The notes beneath the pieces were generated by a model. That model did no database searches. It was not told where the DNA came from and was given only the letters and a program-made list of their open reading frames with translations. The translations under genes were made by a program, and so were the position numbers. From Albugo candida (lineage: Eukaryota), in assembly GCA_040437565.1 (NCBI GenBank), contig JBDOQK010000013.1, positions 62,001 through 126,000 on the forward strand: a stretch of DNA of 64,000 bases, in the 5' to 3' direction. This document shows, one piece after another, positions 47,300-59,300 of the stretch (positions are counted from its first letter, which is position 1; the number at the start of each line of letters is the position of its first letter).

Positions 47300-48305
47300 T
47301 TATTCGAATAAAATAGCCTGAATCGCATCGAGTTCCCGCTGCTCCTCATGTTGAAGTAAGGATGGAGGGGATATTTTCAATATACTATTCATCTGTTCTG
47401 ATGAGTTCGAAGCCCGAAACTGACGATTGGATGATACCCCGCTACTCGAAGATTCTATCACGTTTTCAGACGCATTTAATTCTCTACTTTCTCCCATTTT
47501 AGCATCTTGACCACTTCTCAGTCGATGTAGATCATCGGAGCTGAATTTAGGGAGTACCGTACTCAGTTTTGATACGCACAGATCATCGGGTGTAATTGGA
47601 GTATCCGATGATTCTGATTGTTTGGAGACTGGCGCTCTAGGTTGAGTAGTAAGGGATTGTTTTGTGACGAAAAAAGATGNNNNNNNNNNNNNNNNNNNNN
47701 NNNNNNNNNNNNNNNNNNNNNNNNNNNNNNNNNNNNNNNNNNNNNNNNNNNNNNNNNNNNNNNNNNNNNNNNNNNNNNNCTGATTGTTTGGAGACTGGCG
47801 CTCTAGGTTGAGTAGTAAGGGATTGTTTTGTGACGAAAAAAGATGAATGTGTATCTAGATCGGCTTGGCTTGCATGTGGCGTTGTTCCCAATGTTTTTGT
47901 AACATCAGCTCGGTTCGCATGTTGAGTTTTTGGCTGTGTACCCGACGATTCTTTCCATTGCTCCAAGTCGTGATTATATGTGAGATCTGTCGACTTTGTA
48001 CTTTGATCATGATCGACCGTAGAGGTACTTTTATCACTCATTTCTTTGGGCGCCGAGGAGAGGATTAGTGTTTGTTGAGGAGGTGCGATTGTTTCTGGTG
48101 CTTCAAGTTGCTCATCTTGAGTGAAGGCATAAAGCGCGTCAACTTGCGCCTTGATTTTATCCATTTCATCGCCTATACTATTGACAAGTATAATGTCTTT
48201 TTGCACAGCATCCGCTTTACAATTTTGCGAACCATTATCCGAGCTATCATGCTCACAATCTGAATCTAATTTTTCAGAAGAGCAACCGGATGCACTGTCA
48301 CTCAT
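47300..48305 (-). CDS. Hypothetical low-complexity Ser/Thr-rich protein; partly duplicated across the gap
   Basis: ORF from the ATG at 48305; 47614-47679 is repeated at 47780-47845. Confidence 0.4.
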
Positions 48306-48709
48306 TATGAATCCTAAATCTTATTTCGAAAAAGTTTTACTGGAGGCTTACCAAGATACTTTCGGACGGTATACTCAATATACAGAGTGCGGCGATAGTT
48401 GATTGAGAGTGACTAATGAGACTTGATATCAAGCAATGGATCTAGTATGCTGCGATCAAGAGTATGGATCTAAAGAAAGTTGCGCGAACGTTATTGATTT
48501 CGTATTGGATCAACTTGACTCATAAAAGGACTACTTGATCGACACTGGAAAGCTGAAGCTACGAATATTCGATGGATATAATCCGCATTTTCATCCAATC
48601 CATTGAATGAGCTTCGAGAAGAATGATTGGTTCGTAATTATCCTGTGCGAACTTAGCATGAAAGTCCGCCTTGTCTTTCATTTCCTGAAAATCTTTTTCA
48701 GAAACAAAC

Positions 48710-49705
48710 ATGAGCCGATACGGAGATGATAGTCGGAGTCGAGGACGCGATCGCAGCCGTGACCGAGGGGGTCCGCCTACTTCATACCGAGGATTTCGCG
48801 ATCGTGATCATGTTCCTGGAAATAATAGACGTGGAGGAGAACCAACCACTGGTGGCGGAGCGGAGCATTTGGCCCGCATCCATGGTACAGAAGAAGATCG
48901 TGTCAACTGCCCATTTTATTTCAAAATTGGCGCTTGTCGACATGGCGATCGTTGTTCGCGTCTTCATAATAAGCCTGTATTTAGTCAAACAATTTTAGTG
49001 AGTCACATGTATCAAAATCCACTATCTCAAATAATTGCACAAAATGGTGACCCGAGTGCATTGGATCAGAAGAAAGTTGACGAGGATTTCGAAGATTTCT
49101 ACGAAGAAGTTTTTGAAGAACTGTGCAAATTTGGAAAGGTGGAAGAACTAAACATTTGTGATAATTTGGGAGATCACTTGGTAGGAAATGTCTATGTCAA
49201 ATATGAAGACGAAGAGCACGCTGCTGCTGCACAGAAATCTTTATACGGGAGATTCTATGCGGGAAGACCGCTGGTGTGTGAGTTTTCTCCTGTCACTGAC
49301 TTTCGCGAAGCAAGATGTCGGCAATTTGATGAAGGAACCTGTAATCGCGGAGGCTATTGCAATTTTATGCATGTAAAGACTGTCTCGCGATCAATGCAGC
49401 GTGAGTTGGAACGATTGTACAATCGTTACAAGCCTCCTCGTCGTGGAAAAAGCCGAAGTGTTAGTAAGAGCAGAGGTCATAGTAAGAGTCGAAGCAGAAG
49501 TCCACCTCGGAAACACAAGAAGCATTCCGCACGCTCTCACTCAAAGTCTCGCTCTAGAAGCCATCCAAGAAAATCCCACCGGGATGGATCATCATATCAC
49601 AAGTCAAAATCACGCTCAGCCTCACGAGATCGTAAAGCTCGCTCTTCGAGTCATGTAAACTCAGTAGCAAAGCATACTTCAAACGGCGCAAATGTGGAAA
49701 GGTAA
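48710..49705 (+). CDS. U2AF1: Splicing factor U2AF small subunit (U2AF35)
   Basis: [23 protein letters not shown] zinc finger, UHM ([15 protein letters not shown]), a second zinc finger [19 protein letters not shown], and an RS tail. Confidence 0.97.
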   Translation: MSRYGDDSRSRGRDRSRDRGGPPTSYRGFRDRDHVPGNNRRGGEPTTGGGAEHLARIHGTEEDRVNCPFYFKIGACRHGDRCSRLHNKPVFSQTILVSHMYQNPLSQIIAQNGDPSALDQKKVDEDFEDFYEEVFEELCKFGKVEELNICDNLGDHLVGNVYVKYEDEEHAAAAQKSLYGRFYAGRPLVCEFSPVTDFREARCRQFDEGTCNRGGYCNFMHVKTVSRSMQRELERLYNRYKPPRRGKSRSVSKSRGHSKSRSRSPPRKHKKHSARSHSKSRSRSHPRKSHRDGSSYHKSKSRSASRDRKARSSSHVNSVAKHTSNGANVER

Positions 49706-49820
49706 TTTCCAATCTCACCAAACATCAGTCTGAGGGGACCCTTTTTGAATCTCATTAAACTCAAAGTATAGGAGTATAGATCGAGTTCATCTTATTTCCT
49801 CAATTTCTGCATTCTTTTCT

Positions 49821-50888
49821 ATGGCAAACCTCTTGAATTTTATCCCGCGCATGAGTATAATTTGCTACGATTTTAATGGCACAGGGGTAACAATGCTCGA
49901 AGATACGGGCACGCTAATTGTGAATGCATTCAGTGATTATGTCCTCGGTGTTGTGATGCTTCAGTCTGTAAAGTATAAAACCACTCAACCACTAGCCAAC
50001 GCTTCTATCACAATACTCTCTAGAAATCGTACCTGTGCGTCGACACAAAGTAACGCAAATGGAGAGTATTTGATTCCGTTATCACCGTCGACACTCATGG
50101 TACAATGCGCCAAAACAGATCTGACAATATGGATTCAAGCTACGTGCAATCTAGGTGGTGCGGATCATGTTTTGGTGGAAGGTGTTGACGATTTTATCAA
50201 TATGTCAGGCAAGNNNNNNNNNNNNNNNNNNNNNNNNNNNNNNNNNNNNNNNNNNNNNNNNNNNNNNNNNNNNNNNNNNNNNNNNNNNNNNNNNNNNNNN
50301 NNNNNNNNNNNNNTCATGGTACAATGCGCCAAAACAGATCTGACAATATGGATTCAAGCTACGTGCAATCTAGGTGGTGCGGATCATGTTTTGGTGGAAG
50401 GTGTTGACGATTTTATCAATATGTCAGGCAAGCGACTTGCACAAGAAGCAGATCCATTGACATTCTCGCGTCTGATTTGGTACCATCCTATTTACTTGAA
50501 TGATACGGCGATCACATGCATGAACTGCAGTCAGAGTTCAGATGTCCCAGCGAAGCGCCTCGGGCCAAATTTACCGACCAACAGCCAAAAAAGACTTTAT
50601 TACATTTCGTTTGGACTCTATGCTTTGCTCCTTTTATTTTTATTACGCAGAGCATTCGGCCATTCACATTCTTGTAAAATGCACGGAAGATGTCAAAACG
50701 AGCACTCAGTGGAAACCATTGAACCCGGAACCATTCAGATAGAGTACAACAACAGAAAATGTACCCGTCGTGCGTTACGAAAGCACCGAGTACTCAGACC
50801 GCCAAAAGCATCACGCACCCATTACATCGAAGCTCGGCTATGCTACAAACAATGCGTGACAACAACACTGACTGATGAGATGTTATAA
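49821..50888 (+). CDS. Hypothetical single-pass membrane protein with a carboxypeptidase-regulatory-like beta-sandwich segment; duplicated across the gap
   Basis: QPLANASITI...TQSNANGEYLI pattern and a transmembrane segment LYYISFGLYALLLLFLL. Confidence 0.45.
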   Translation: MANLLNFIPRMSIICYDFNGTGVTMLEDTGTLIVNAFSDYVLGVVMLQSVKYKTTQPLANASITILSRNRTCASTQSNANGEYLIPLSPSTLMVQCAKTDLTIWIQATCNLGGADHVLVEGVDDFINMSGKXXXXXXXXXXXXXXXXXXXXXXXXXXXXXXXXXXMVQCAKTDLTIWIQATCNLGGADHVLVEGVDDFINMSGKRLAQEADPLTFSRLIWYHPIYLNDTAITCMNCSQSSDVPAKRLGPNLPTNSQKRLYYISFGLYALLLLFLLRRAFGHSHSCKMHGRCQNEHSVETIEPGTIQIEYNNRKCTRRALRKHRVLRPPKASRTHYIEARLCYKQCVTTTLTDEML

Positions 50889-50928
50889 ATATTCCCATCT
50901 CATTTATTATAGACAATAATCACATTAT

Positions 50929-52483
50929 TTACTGGTCCTTCAGTATCGCATTTTGTAAGTGGTGTTTGCGACGTCGATCACCCTTCAGAATGTTACTCCG
51001 CTGCTTTCTTGACTCAGAGCGCTTATCGAAAACATCGCGCTACATTCACGACATCAGAACATCGATGCAGACTCGTTATGGAAGATACCCGGTCGATGAT
51101 GGAGGTCTCAATTGCTTCAGGAAGGTCGAACACGTTTCGGATAAAGTTATTGTGCTCCAGATGCTGTTGCAGCGCGGATCCCAAAGATCTCTTCATGGCT
51201 TCTAGTTGAAAGACAAATTGCCACCCTTCGAGCTCTACTTTTTCGCCGCAGATAGTGATCAAACTTTTAGGATACTCGCTATTCTACAAGACATACCGCT
51301 TCAAGCAAATGAAATTTGCTTGAAGGAATGGAACATACCGCCAAGGTTTGATACACGTTACGAAAAGCCATTCTTTGAGTCTTTCGATCCTGTTTCGTCT
51401 TCTTTTTGCTGCTTTCTTTGCTCATGTCCAGTATTTTCTGAACAAGTGTCCAATGTTGTGCTGAATAGGCAAGTCCAGGCACATGCTGATACAAAAATGC
51501 AATATTTTCACCAGCACAAGTTCGAACATCCACATCCGTGTGGTTCAATAATTCAATCAGTAAAGGTAAAAATCTACATGTTGTTTCGTGAAAACAAACT
51601 CGCTCGGGCATCAATGCGCTATCCCAACCTTTCAGCCAAATTCTCCGTAACAATTCCTTGTTCCGGTAGTGTGGACATAATAAGGCCCCACGATTGCAAA
51701 CTTGTAGCACAAACATCTGCCACATTCGTTGAATGAAGCACATCTTCCAGCAAATTGAGCAATTTTATCGAGTCATCGTGACCATCACTACACACAAAGC
51801 ATACAATTCCGAAAGCGCGTATGCTCTATGGTGAAATAGGTCAGCAACACTACAAAGTCGGATAAAGTCGGAACGGAACGTACAGCGGATTGTATCTTTT
51901 CTGAGGGATTTCTGACCAGCGGCTTCAGACTTTTCTCAACTCGACTGTAGAAGAACTCTTTCTGTGGTCCCATAATAAATGCGATAATCTCAAGTATATG
52001 GGCGCCTGAGGAGCATTCTGGTTGCGTCGGTCGCTTCAAGCAGTCCAAGACAGCAGTGGCCAGACTATTGCGATTTATCTTCATCAAAAAGCACGTTGAT
52101 ATCCAACTGAAATCTACCTATCCGGCAACTGGTCGGATTTTTTGACCTGAACCAACTCAGATACAACTTGACGTAGGACTACAACGCGATCGCTTGATCC
52201 GTAGCTACATGCAACGAGATCACAAATACGATCAGAGACTTGGCATACTATCACAAACCTCTTATCTGTGAGCTTTTCGACTATCGAATCAAACGTGTTC
52301 CCCTGTCGCTCATCCATGTATTCCGTGCAATTGCTGCAGGAAATTTCGCTAGAAGCCTGAGAGAAGGTATCTTCCTCGGAACATTCCTCGTCTTGTCTCA
52401 ACTTGTGTCCACCTTCGCAACATTTGCAGTGTACTATCTCGTGCAAATACGTGGACAAGTAACTAACCTTTGCGTCGGCCCAT
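50929..52483 (-). CDS. Interferon-related developmental regulator (IFRD1/2) family; multi-exon
   Basis: DVDVRTCAGENIAFLY, KESSKKKTKQDRKTQRMAFRNV and LGSALQQHLEHNNFIRNVFDL. Confidence 0.85.
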
Positions 52484-52628
52484 CGTCGCGTATTCGCTTA
52501 AGTGTGAAATGACATTGATACATTAAGAGTGACGCTTCATACTTGTACAATTGCGCTATATTCTCTTTTAAAATCGTCTGATTTCAGGCGATATCAGTCG
52601 ATAATGGTTTGGATTTATTGATTTTATA

Positions 52629-55455
52629 TCATCTATCAGTATTTGATGCACGTTCGCTTTCCTGGTCTTTCAACAGCTTCCGCAGGAGAAATTTGGCCCC
52701 TCTTGTAGCATTTCGGGGTAAAAAAAGACGACACTGCCGTGCTATCGTCAGCTCTATCTCCTCTGGTCCAGACCGTATGGTCGTTTCGCTGACTGACGCT
52801 GGATCTCCTACGATCACTTGCATCGCAAATGTTTTCTTAAAAACCAATGTGCGTTTCGAGCGCTTTTGTGGGTTTTTGTTGCTCAGTTTTGTAGCAATGA
52901 GAAGCCTTTTTTGCTTGGATTTTCCTTTCCTTGTATTCTCAGGCGCCATTGTCCCACGACATCTAGAAGAATTGCAAAAGCATTTCCATTGCAGAGCCTG
53001 GCTAGTGTGGAATTGATAATCGTACGACAATTCTTCTTCAGGCTCAATATCTCTCAGTGCAGTAATAGCAATTCGATCGAGACCACGGACACACCATTTG
53101 ACCAAGTGACAATTAGGATCACATGAATGATTTATGAACCGTGAGATACTGCCTTTGAATCGTGCATCGATATATTCTTGTTTTCTGAGCTCCATGATGT
53201 ACATGTTCCTATCGTGTGGATGCTTGCGTGCATGCTCTTCCAATCGTCGATCTTTTTCTTGCTCATTTATGACTTCGCCAACGTACTCAATCACCAACTG
53301 GCCGGCTTGGACGGGCTCTTTTGCTCGTAATGCGAATCCTTTCTCAAAGCTATGAAAGAGCTCCGTTCGAGGATATATGCGCTGATAGAGAGCACGGTTC
53401 CCGCAATTTTCTCCCACATGACAATTGAATGTTCGATTATGCCGAGCTGGTGCATCCGTTGGAGCTGGTCCGAAACACTCCATCAAGCTAAGTCGATTGA
53501 TGCAGCCATCTCCGCATCGATCCGTACATACACATGTGGGCACGTCTTCGGAAGATGGTCTAGGTTGTTTAAAGGTATACGAGTTCCGTGTCAGCCTTCG
53601 ATACGGAGGCGGATGGGTGTGGACCCGCACCAAATATTCCATAGGAATTCGAAAATGATGTGGATCTTGTAGATTTGAAGCAACTGGTTCGATGGAAGGG
53701 AGAAAAAGACTCGGGAATTTGACTGTGTAGTCCATAGTCACGACAGCCATCCGGTGATCTGTGTACCAATCTGAAGGTATTTTTGGAAGATTATCGTGTC
53801 GATGTCGATAACATAAAAGACCAACAGTGTTATACCGCGCACTTGGTGGGACACAAGAAGTGTGATATGCTTCCGGACATTTGATGCAGAACATGAGCTC
53901 ACTACTTTTAGTGTCCTCACACACAGCACAGATATGCCTTGGGCAGCGGAATCTGAATGTGACATCCTCATCATTGTCTGACTCCACGCTTGATGCATTC
54001 AAACCTCCTTTTGTCTGTGAATCTCGCTTCCTCTTAAGCCCACACATTCGAGTCCGGCTGCACTCTGCTACACATGACTGATGGTAAAACTTGTGACACT
54101 TTATACCGGAGCATTTGAGGACACCGCTACGCTCATCGATAGAGCCATTTCGTCCGCATGCAAAGCAGATCTGTTCACGATTCTCACACTGTTCACATTT
54201 CCAATCAGCATCGTCAACTTCGTCGGTCAGACCGAGACATGAGTAGTGGTACGCGGTATAACAGCCTGTTTTACACCATAGTACTAAATCTGATCCCTCC
54301 TCATCCTCCAATTCACCGCAAATCCCACACAACTCTTCATCGAAAGTATTACGCAAATATTTTTCTTTCGTTGGATGTGTTTTTTCCTGACTAAGGCACC
54401 CCCCATTGTGAGGTATCAAAGAAGATAAAGTTGAATCGGATTTTGCTTTTCGAGAAGCTCTCGTCAGCATCTTCCCACACGTCGTGGGATCGGTCCTTTC
54501 ATTCTCCAGTAGCTTTACATTGCTTCCTTTTGATCCCATCTTCACATTTTCGATGAGTTTGGAGATTTCTTCTTTCCTCGTTAATTTATGTATTTTCCAT
54601 ATTTTGGCTGCTCTGGAAGTACCCTTTGAAAAGCGACGATAGAAACAATGCTTTTTGATCATTTGCAGATATTCGGAGCTCAAGTAGACAGATCGAATGC
54701 ACAATTCCTCTCTTCTGACACTCCATACTTTTGCGGTCAGCCACTTTCTGATTTTGTCATCAAATTCATTCAAACACTCGCCTTTCTGAAGCATTTCCAA
54801 AAGCTGACCAATATTGGACATTCGAAGCGCGCATTTGAACTTGCGAGACTGATTACTTTTATGTATTTTTCTGATGATCACAGCGTCTTTGCTTGCATTA
54901 ATTGTGCCATTTATACACTGAGTAGAACGCCGTTGATCGATTTGTAACTCGTTCTGCAGTGCTTCGTTACCATCGACTAGCTGTACCCGATCAACAGTAT
55001 CAATACAAAGAATGTATGAAGTAGAGACATCTCGTCCATCAATACAGTCAGACCGCACAACTTGCTCAGCTTTTATGATGTTCGCATCTCGCGCTGTTTG
55101 ATTGTCTGTTGCATTCATTGTACATGGGTGCATGAAGCGATAATCAGTATATAATGTCAACGCAGTAGAACACGGAACGGATGAGATACGGTCATTTGAT
55201 TTGGGAATAGTGGACGAGGGCCCGTCTACCAGTGCCTGCATTAGCGCGGCCAAATGCTGATAGNNNNNNNNNNNNNNNNNNNNNNNNNNNNNNNNNNNNN
55301 NNNNNNNNNNNNNNNNNNNNNNNNNNNNNNNNNNNNNNNNNNNNNNNNNNNNNNNNNNNNNNNAGTGCCTGCATTAGGGCGGCCAAATGCTGATAGTATA
55401 ACCAATGATTGGATATAAGTATGCAAAGAGGTATTTGCCTAAATAGACCGTACAT
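52629..55455 (-). CDS. NSD/ASHR3-like histone lysine methyltransferase (PHD fingers, AWS, SET, post-SET), probably H3K36; start uncertain
   Basis: Three PHD-like Cys/His clusters, CINRLSLMEC, IEYVGEVI, SRFINHSCDPNC, EELSYDY and CFCNSSRCRG. Confidence 0.9.
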
Positions 55456-55585
55456 GTGGTGAAGGTTTCCATATCATCGATGTCGATACGTGAACGATTA
55501 GTCAATGAGAGAGATCGAAAACAAAGTCGTTTGAACTTGATGCTTAAAGTGACAACTAAGAGGTTCGAGTTAAGGCGATCATAGA

Positions 55586-56842
55586 TCATAGTTCGAGAAG
55601 GACAATTCCGAAAAGAACAGCGATGAAGATGAGGCCTACTGAGTGTTGTAAGGTGACACCAGCTGACTCGCACTTGGCGCAATCATTATTCGGGCACGGT
55701 GCACAGTCTGGTGAGCAGATAGGACACATACAGACGTAGCCGGTCGCAGTGGGTTGGCAACTCCCACCGTCGCTACAACTCGCTTTTGTGCAAACGTCTT
55801 CCGTCGCTCCGCAAGTAGGACCAAAATATCCAGTAGTGCAAACGCACTTCCCGCTTGTGATGTCACAAGTCCCATTCCGGCACGCCAAGTCATTAGTGCA
55901 CTTGGTGCATCGTATATCTTTTTTGCCGCTTTTTCCCTTGTGATTTTTTCCATCGAAACCAGCCTTACATTTGCATTTTCCATTTACACAATCGCCACCA
56001 AACCCACAATCGACATCACAAGCAGCTGATAAGGTATTCTCACATTTTGTTCCGTCAAATCCAGGATAGCACAAACAGCTACGCCTCGTTATTGTTTGCA
56101 GTGATTTGTACGTGCATGTACCTTGATTATTACAGACTGTGGTTGATCCCTCACTCTGACCACAAGCTTCCACTTGACAACTCGACGGATCATATGCTTT
56201 ACTTTCACATTCAGAACTATCCACACACTGGAACGAACCAGAAATTGACTTTTTTCCAAATTTAATGGTAATGGACTCTTCCGGAACATCGCCTGTCAAG
56301 TCTTCATCACTGGTGCTGGTTGGTCCAGCTGCCAATGTCGTGTTCGTGATGGGAGTTTGCTGAAGTAATCGATTATCGACTGAATCCGTTGATTTATCGG
56401 TAGAACTGGTGGTCGTAGTGTCGGCATCTTCTTCTACACGTTTTGCTTTGCGCTTCGATTTTGGTGGTGGCACGGGATCACTATCGGAGGAGTCCGAATC
56501 TGTAGACTTATCTGTATCGGTATCGGTAGGATCGTCTGGTATCGTCTCAGAGGCAGCTTCTGCAGCTACAAAAATGCAATGTACATTTAGATAACCCATA
56601 TCCGGATTTTGATACACCGGACATGCCCCAAAATGCTTTCCTCGACAAGCTGGTCGTGCGTGTGTGTTACTGCTACATCTTTTAACATTGGACCCAGCAG
56701 AGATACAAGCTGTACCGGGGAATTTACTTGTACAGTCTGCATCGCTCTCACATGTGCTCGTAACTTTCTTCTCCTTTGCTTGGACAGACGCTATCCAAAT
56801 TATAGATAAAATGATGATCCACCGCCTGCTAATTGAATGCAT
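55586..56842 (-). CDS. Secreted/cell-surface EGF-like repeat protein with a mucin-like linker and a hydrophobic C-terminal (GPI/TM) tail
   Basis: Signal peptide MHSISRRWIIILSIIWIASVQA; several CxCxxGF/YxGxxC EGF motifs; C-terminal VGLIFIAVLFGIVLLEL. Confidence 0.85.
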   Translation of the reverse strand: MHSISRRWIIILSIIWIASVQAKEKKVTSTCESDADCTSKFPGTACISAGSNVKRCSSNTHARPACRGKHFGACPVYQNPDMGYLNVHCIFVAAEAASETIPDDPTDTDTDKSTDSDSSDSDPVPPPKSKRKAKRVEEDADTTTTSSTDKSTDSVDNRLLQQTPITNTTLAAGPTSTSDEDLTGDVPEESITIKFGKKSISGSFQCVDSSECESKAYDPSSCQVEACGQSEGSTTVCNNQGTCTYKSLQTITRRSCLCYPGFDGTKCENTLSAACDVDCGFGGDCVNGKCKCKAGFDGKNHKGKSGKKDIRCTKCTNDLACRNGTCDITSGKCVCTTGYFGPTCGATEDVCTKASCSDGGSCQPTATGYVCMCPICSPDCAPCPNNDCAKCESAGVTLQHSVGLIFIAVLFGIVLLEL

Positions 56843-58205
56843 ATTGTATACAAAATTGCTTGGATTGAGAGAATAGGACTCGACTTTGCCTGATGCGAGT
56901 AAAAAGATAAGTGAAAGGGAGAGAGGGAGAATATAGAAACACAAAATTTTCAATTCACCTTTCCCGCTAATAGGAAAGTTATACAGTCCACGCATTATTG
57001 AATTTGAATGACTATTACCTACACCTTCCTCTTTATTGACTATTCCCTATACCACAAAGAAGTACATCGAGCATTGGTCTGTAAATTCGTCAGTACATAT
57101 ACATGTATGTATGCTACATACGATGCTTGAGTTAATCGATGAAAGCAAGCTGATTTTACAGAAGTGATCAGTAATATAGTTAGTACTCGAGATGGTTTGT
57201 GCGCACAGGATTGGCGTGGCCACCACCATGGTCTCGCTATATGTTGCGTCGCGTCCCCTTTATTTAGTCGCGTGTTAACACGTTCTACCGATTCCCTGCT
57301 TAACGGCCGAAATCCTGATGCGGGCAATTTTTGAGATCCAATCAAGCAAATGGGTCTATCGTTCGCCAAAAACTTGACCGTATCGCTTTCAACCGTGCGG
57401 TGCGTATTGGCCAAGGTCAGAGCCAGTAGATACTGAACAAAACAGCAGCATTCTCGAACGACAATATCGTACAACAGACTAGACTGACAGCTTGTTGATG
57501 AAAGAAAAGGAATTAAAGTGTGGCCGTATATATGAATGATGTAGAATGTGATTATCTATAAAATGAGCACTAAGACTGTTTCTGTCACGACTGATTTGGC
57601 AGCTTAGAGGCCTACGCTATCGATACGATGAGTTCTGGAAGGTAGAATGTCCCACTCTCGCGTTGCGTTGTATTAATTCTGGCGACAATACAAATGAGCA
57701 GCTGCTTAAGGTATCACATATCCCTTCCCACACACTGATCTTGATTAGATTAAGTAAAACACGCCCAGCAGGAGATATCGTGTAACTCACTCCATTCCAA
57801 TATTGTCGAGGGCATCAAGAACGGTGTTTGCTGCATCAACAATTGCTTGCGGTGCTCTAAAATACCACGCATCGAGCTCAATTGCCATTACTCTCCTTGC
57901 ACGATGTAGATGTCAGCAGGCATCATCTCCGAAGGTGTCAAGTTCTTTGACTGGTTATAGTATATTTCCGGAAAAATGTTCAACAAAAAGGTTTTGCTAG
58001 ACTTTGGAGCTGATTTATAAGCCCATGAGCTCTCAGATATGTTATCACGATGTCTTACCTTTCGAGTAATTGCGGGTGGAAGAAATACCGTAATCAAACT
58101 GCATAGAGCGCCCACTTGGAGTCACCTTTCTCCTCTCTCTAAACATATACAGCGAGACCAATTTTTTGCTCATGAAGTTACTGGCGTTACATGCACAGAC
58201 AAGGG

Positions 58206-58416
58206 GAGCATCCTACGGCTCATAGACGGACTCATAGAAGCAAGAAGATGAGCTCCGAAATCGAACGAGCTGGGATAGAAGAGAGCTAACACTCGTCTGA
58301 GTGTTAAGCATTTTCGTGGTAGGAATGCCAGTTGGTACTTCGGCTTTAGCTCAATATATTCGAGATGGACTATTCTTCTTGCTTCTATGAGTCCGTCTAT
58401 GAGCCGTAAGATGCTC
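58206..58416. repeat. 43-bp inverted repeat (1 mismatch) with a 125-bp spacer
   Basis: GAGCATCCTACGGCTCATAGACGGACTCATAGAAGCAAGAAGA at 58206-58248; its reverse complement at 58374-58416. Confidence 0.92.
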
Positions 58417-59300
58417 AGATATGCCTTCACTGCTGTGTTCCCCGCGGATCGCTTGATTATTCCAAAGTCATCTACAGCGTACGTGAGGTACAGTCAATGA
58501 CGGCAGCATACTATTTTTCTTCAGGTAACCCTTTGTGAAAGTTGCAATTTAGCATTAGAATGGCCTCATGATAGTTCCATTGCGTCGCTTGTTTACTGGT
58601 GCGTTGCATTCGCAGCGCAAAGACGCACCACTTTTGCTCATTGGTCGTGATCGATTCTACTCGATATAATTACAGTCAATACTTTGCTCATCCCCTGATC
58701 GATTTAAGAAGATGCTTGATGCTGCGCATAATTCTGACGCATTTCTAGCGCTTGATTGAGAGCCTGATGCGAAAATCAACTTACTTCAACTAGCAAACAG
58801 AGTACTCTCAGCTCCAGGTCCCTACCCAGCAGGTTGATTCACTAAGCACAAGTTCCGCTATCAACAGCGGGTAAACTTTGACAATCGGTATGTTATGAGT
58901 AGAAACGATTGCGAAAGATGACCAAATACGTCATGGCAAACATGCTTCGAGAATCGAAATGGAGCAACGGGTATAAATATCAACGTACAACGGCATGAAA
59001 ATTAATACGAAGTGAGACTTCAAGTCGTCCGATCCATGTACAAGAAGCCTACAATGTACCTAACACAAATGCATCAGGATCCCGTATCTATCTGCGATAG
59101 CAATTCCTGTCTCTTGCCATTCTTGTATTCGACCCTAGCTCGGGAACATAGATATATGTCGCGTCGCATTTTGAGCACCATCTGAGACGCCACTGTTGAC
59201 ACTGTGCTAATAATCACTCATCAAACAAAGCAATGCGCACTTCCAACTTTTCCTCCCTTTACAGTTGCGGCAATCATTTATTTATATCTTTCGTGGCCAA

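Noticed and set aside
56355..56380. RLLQ in the EGF protein as an RXLR effector motif
   Set aside because: It is not RxLR, it lies far from the signal peptide, and the protein is a Cys-rich surface type.
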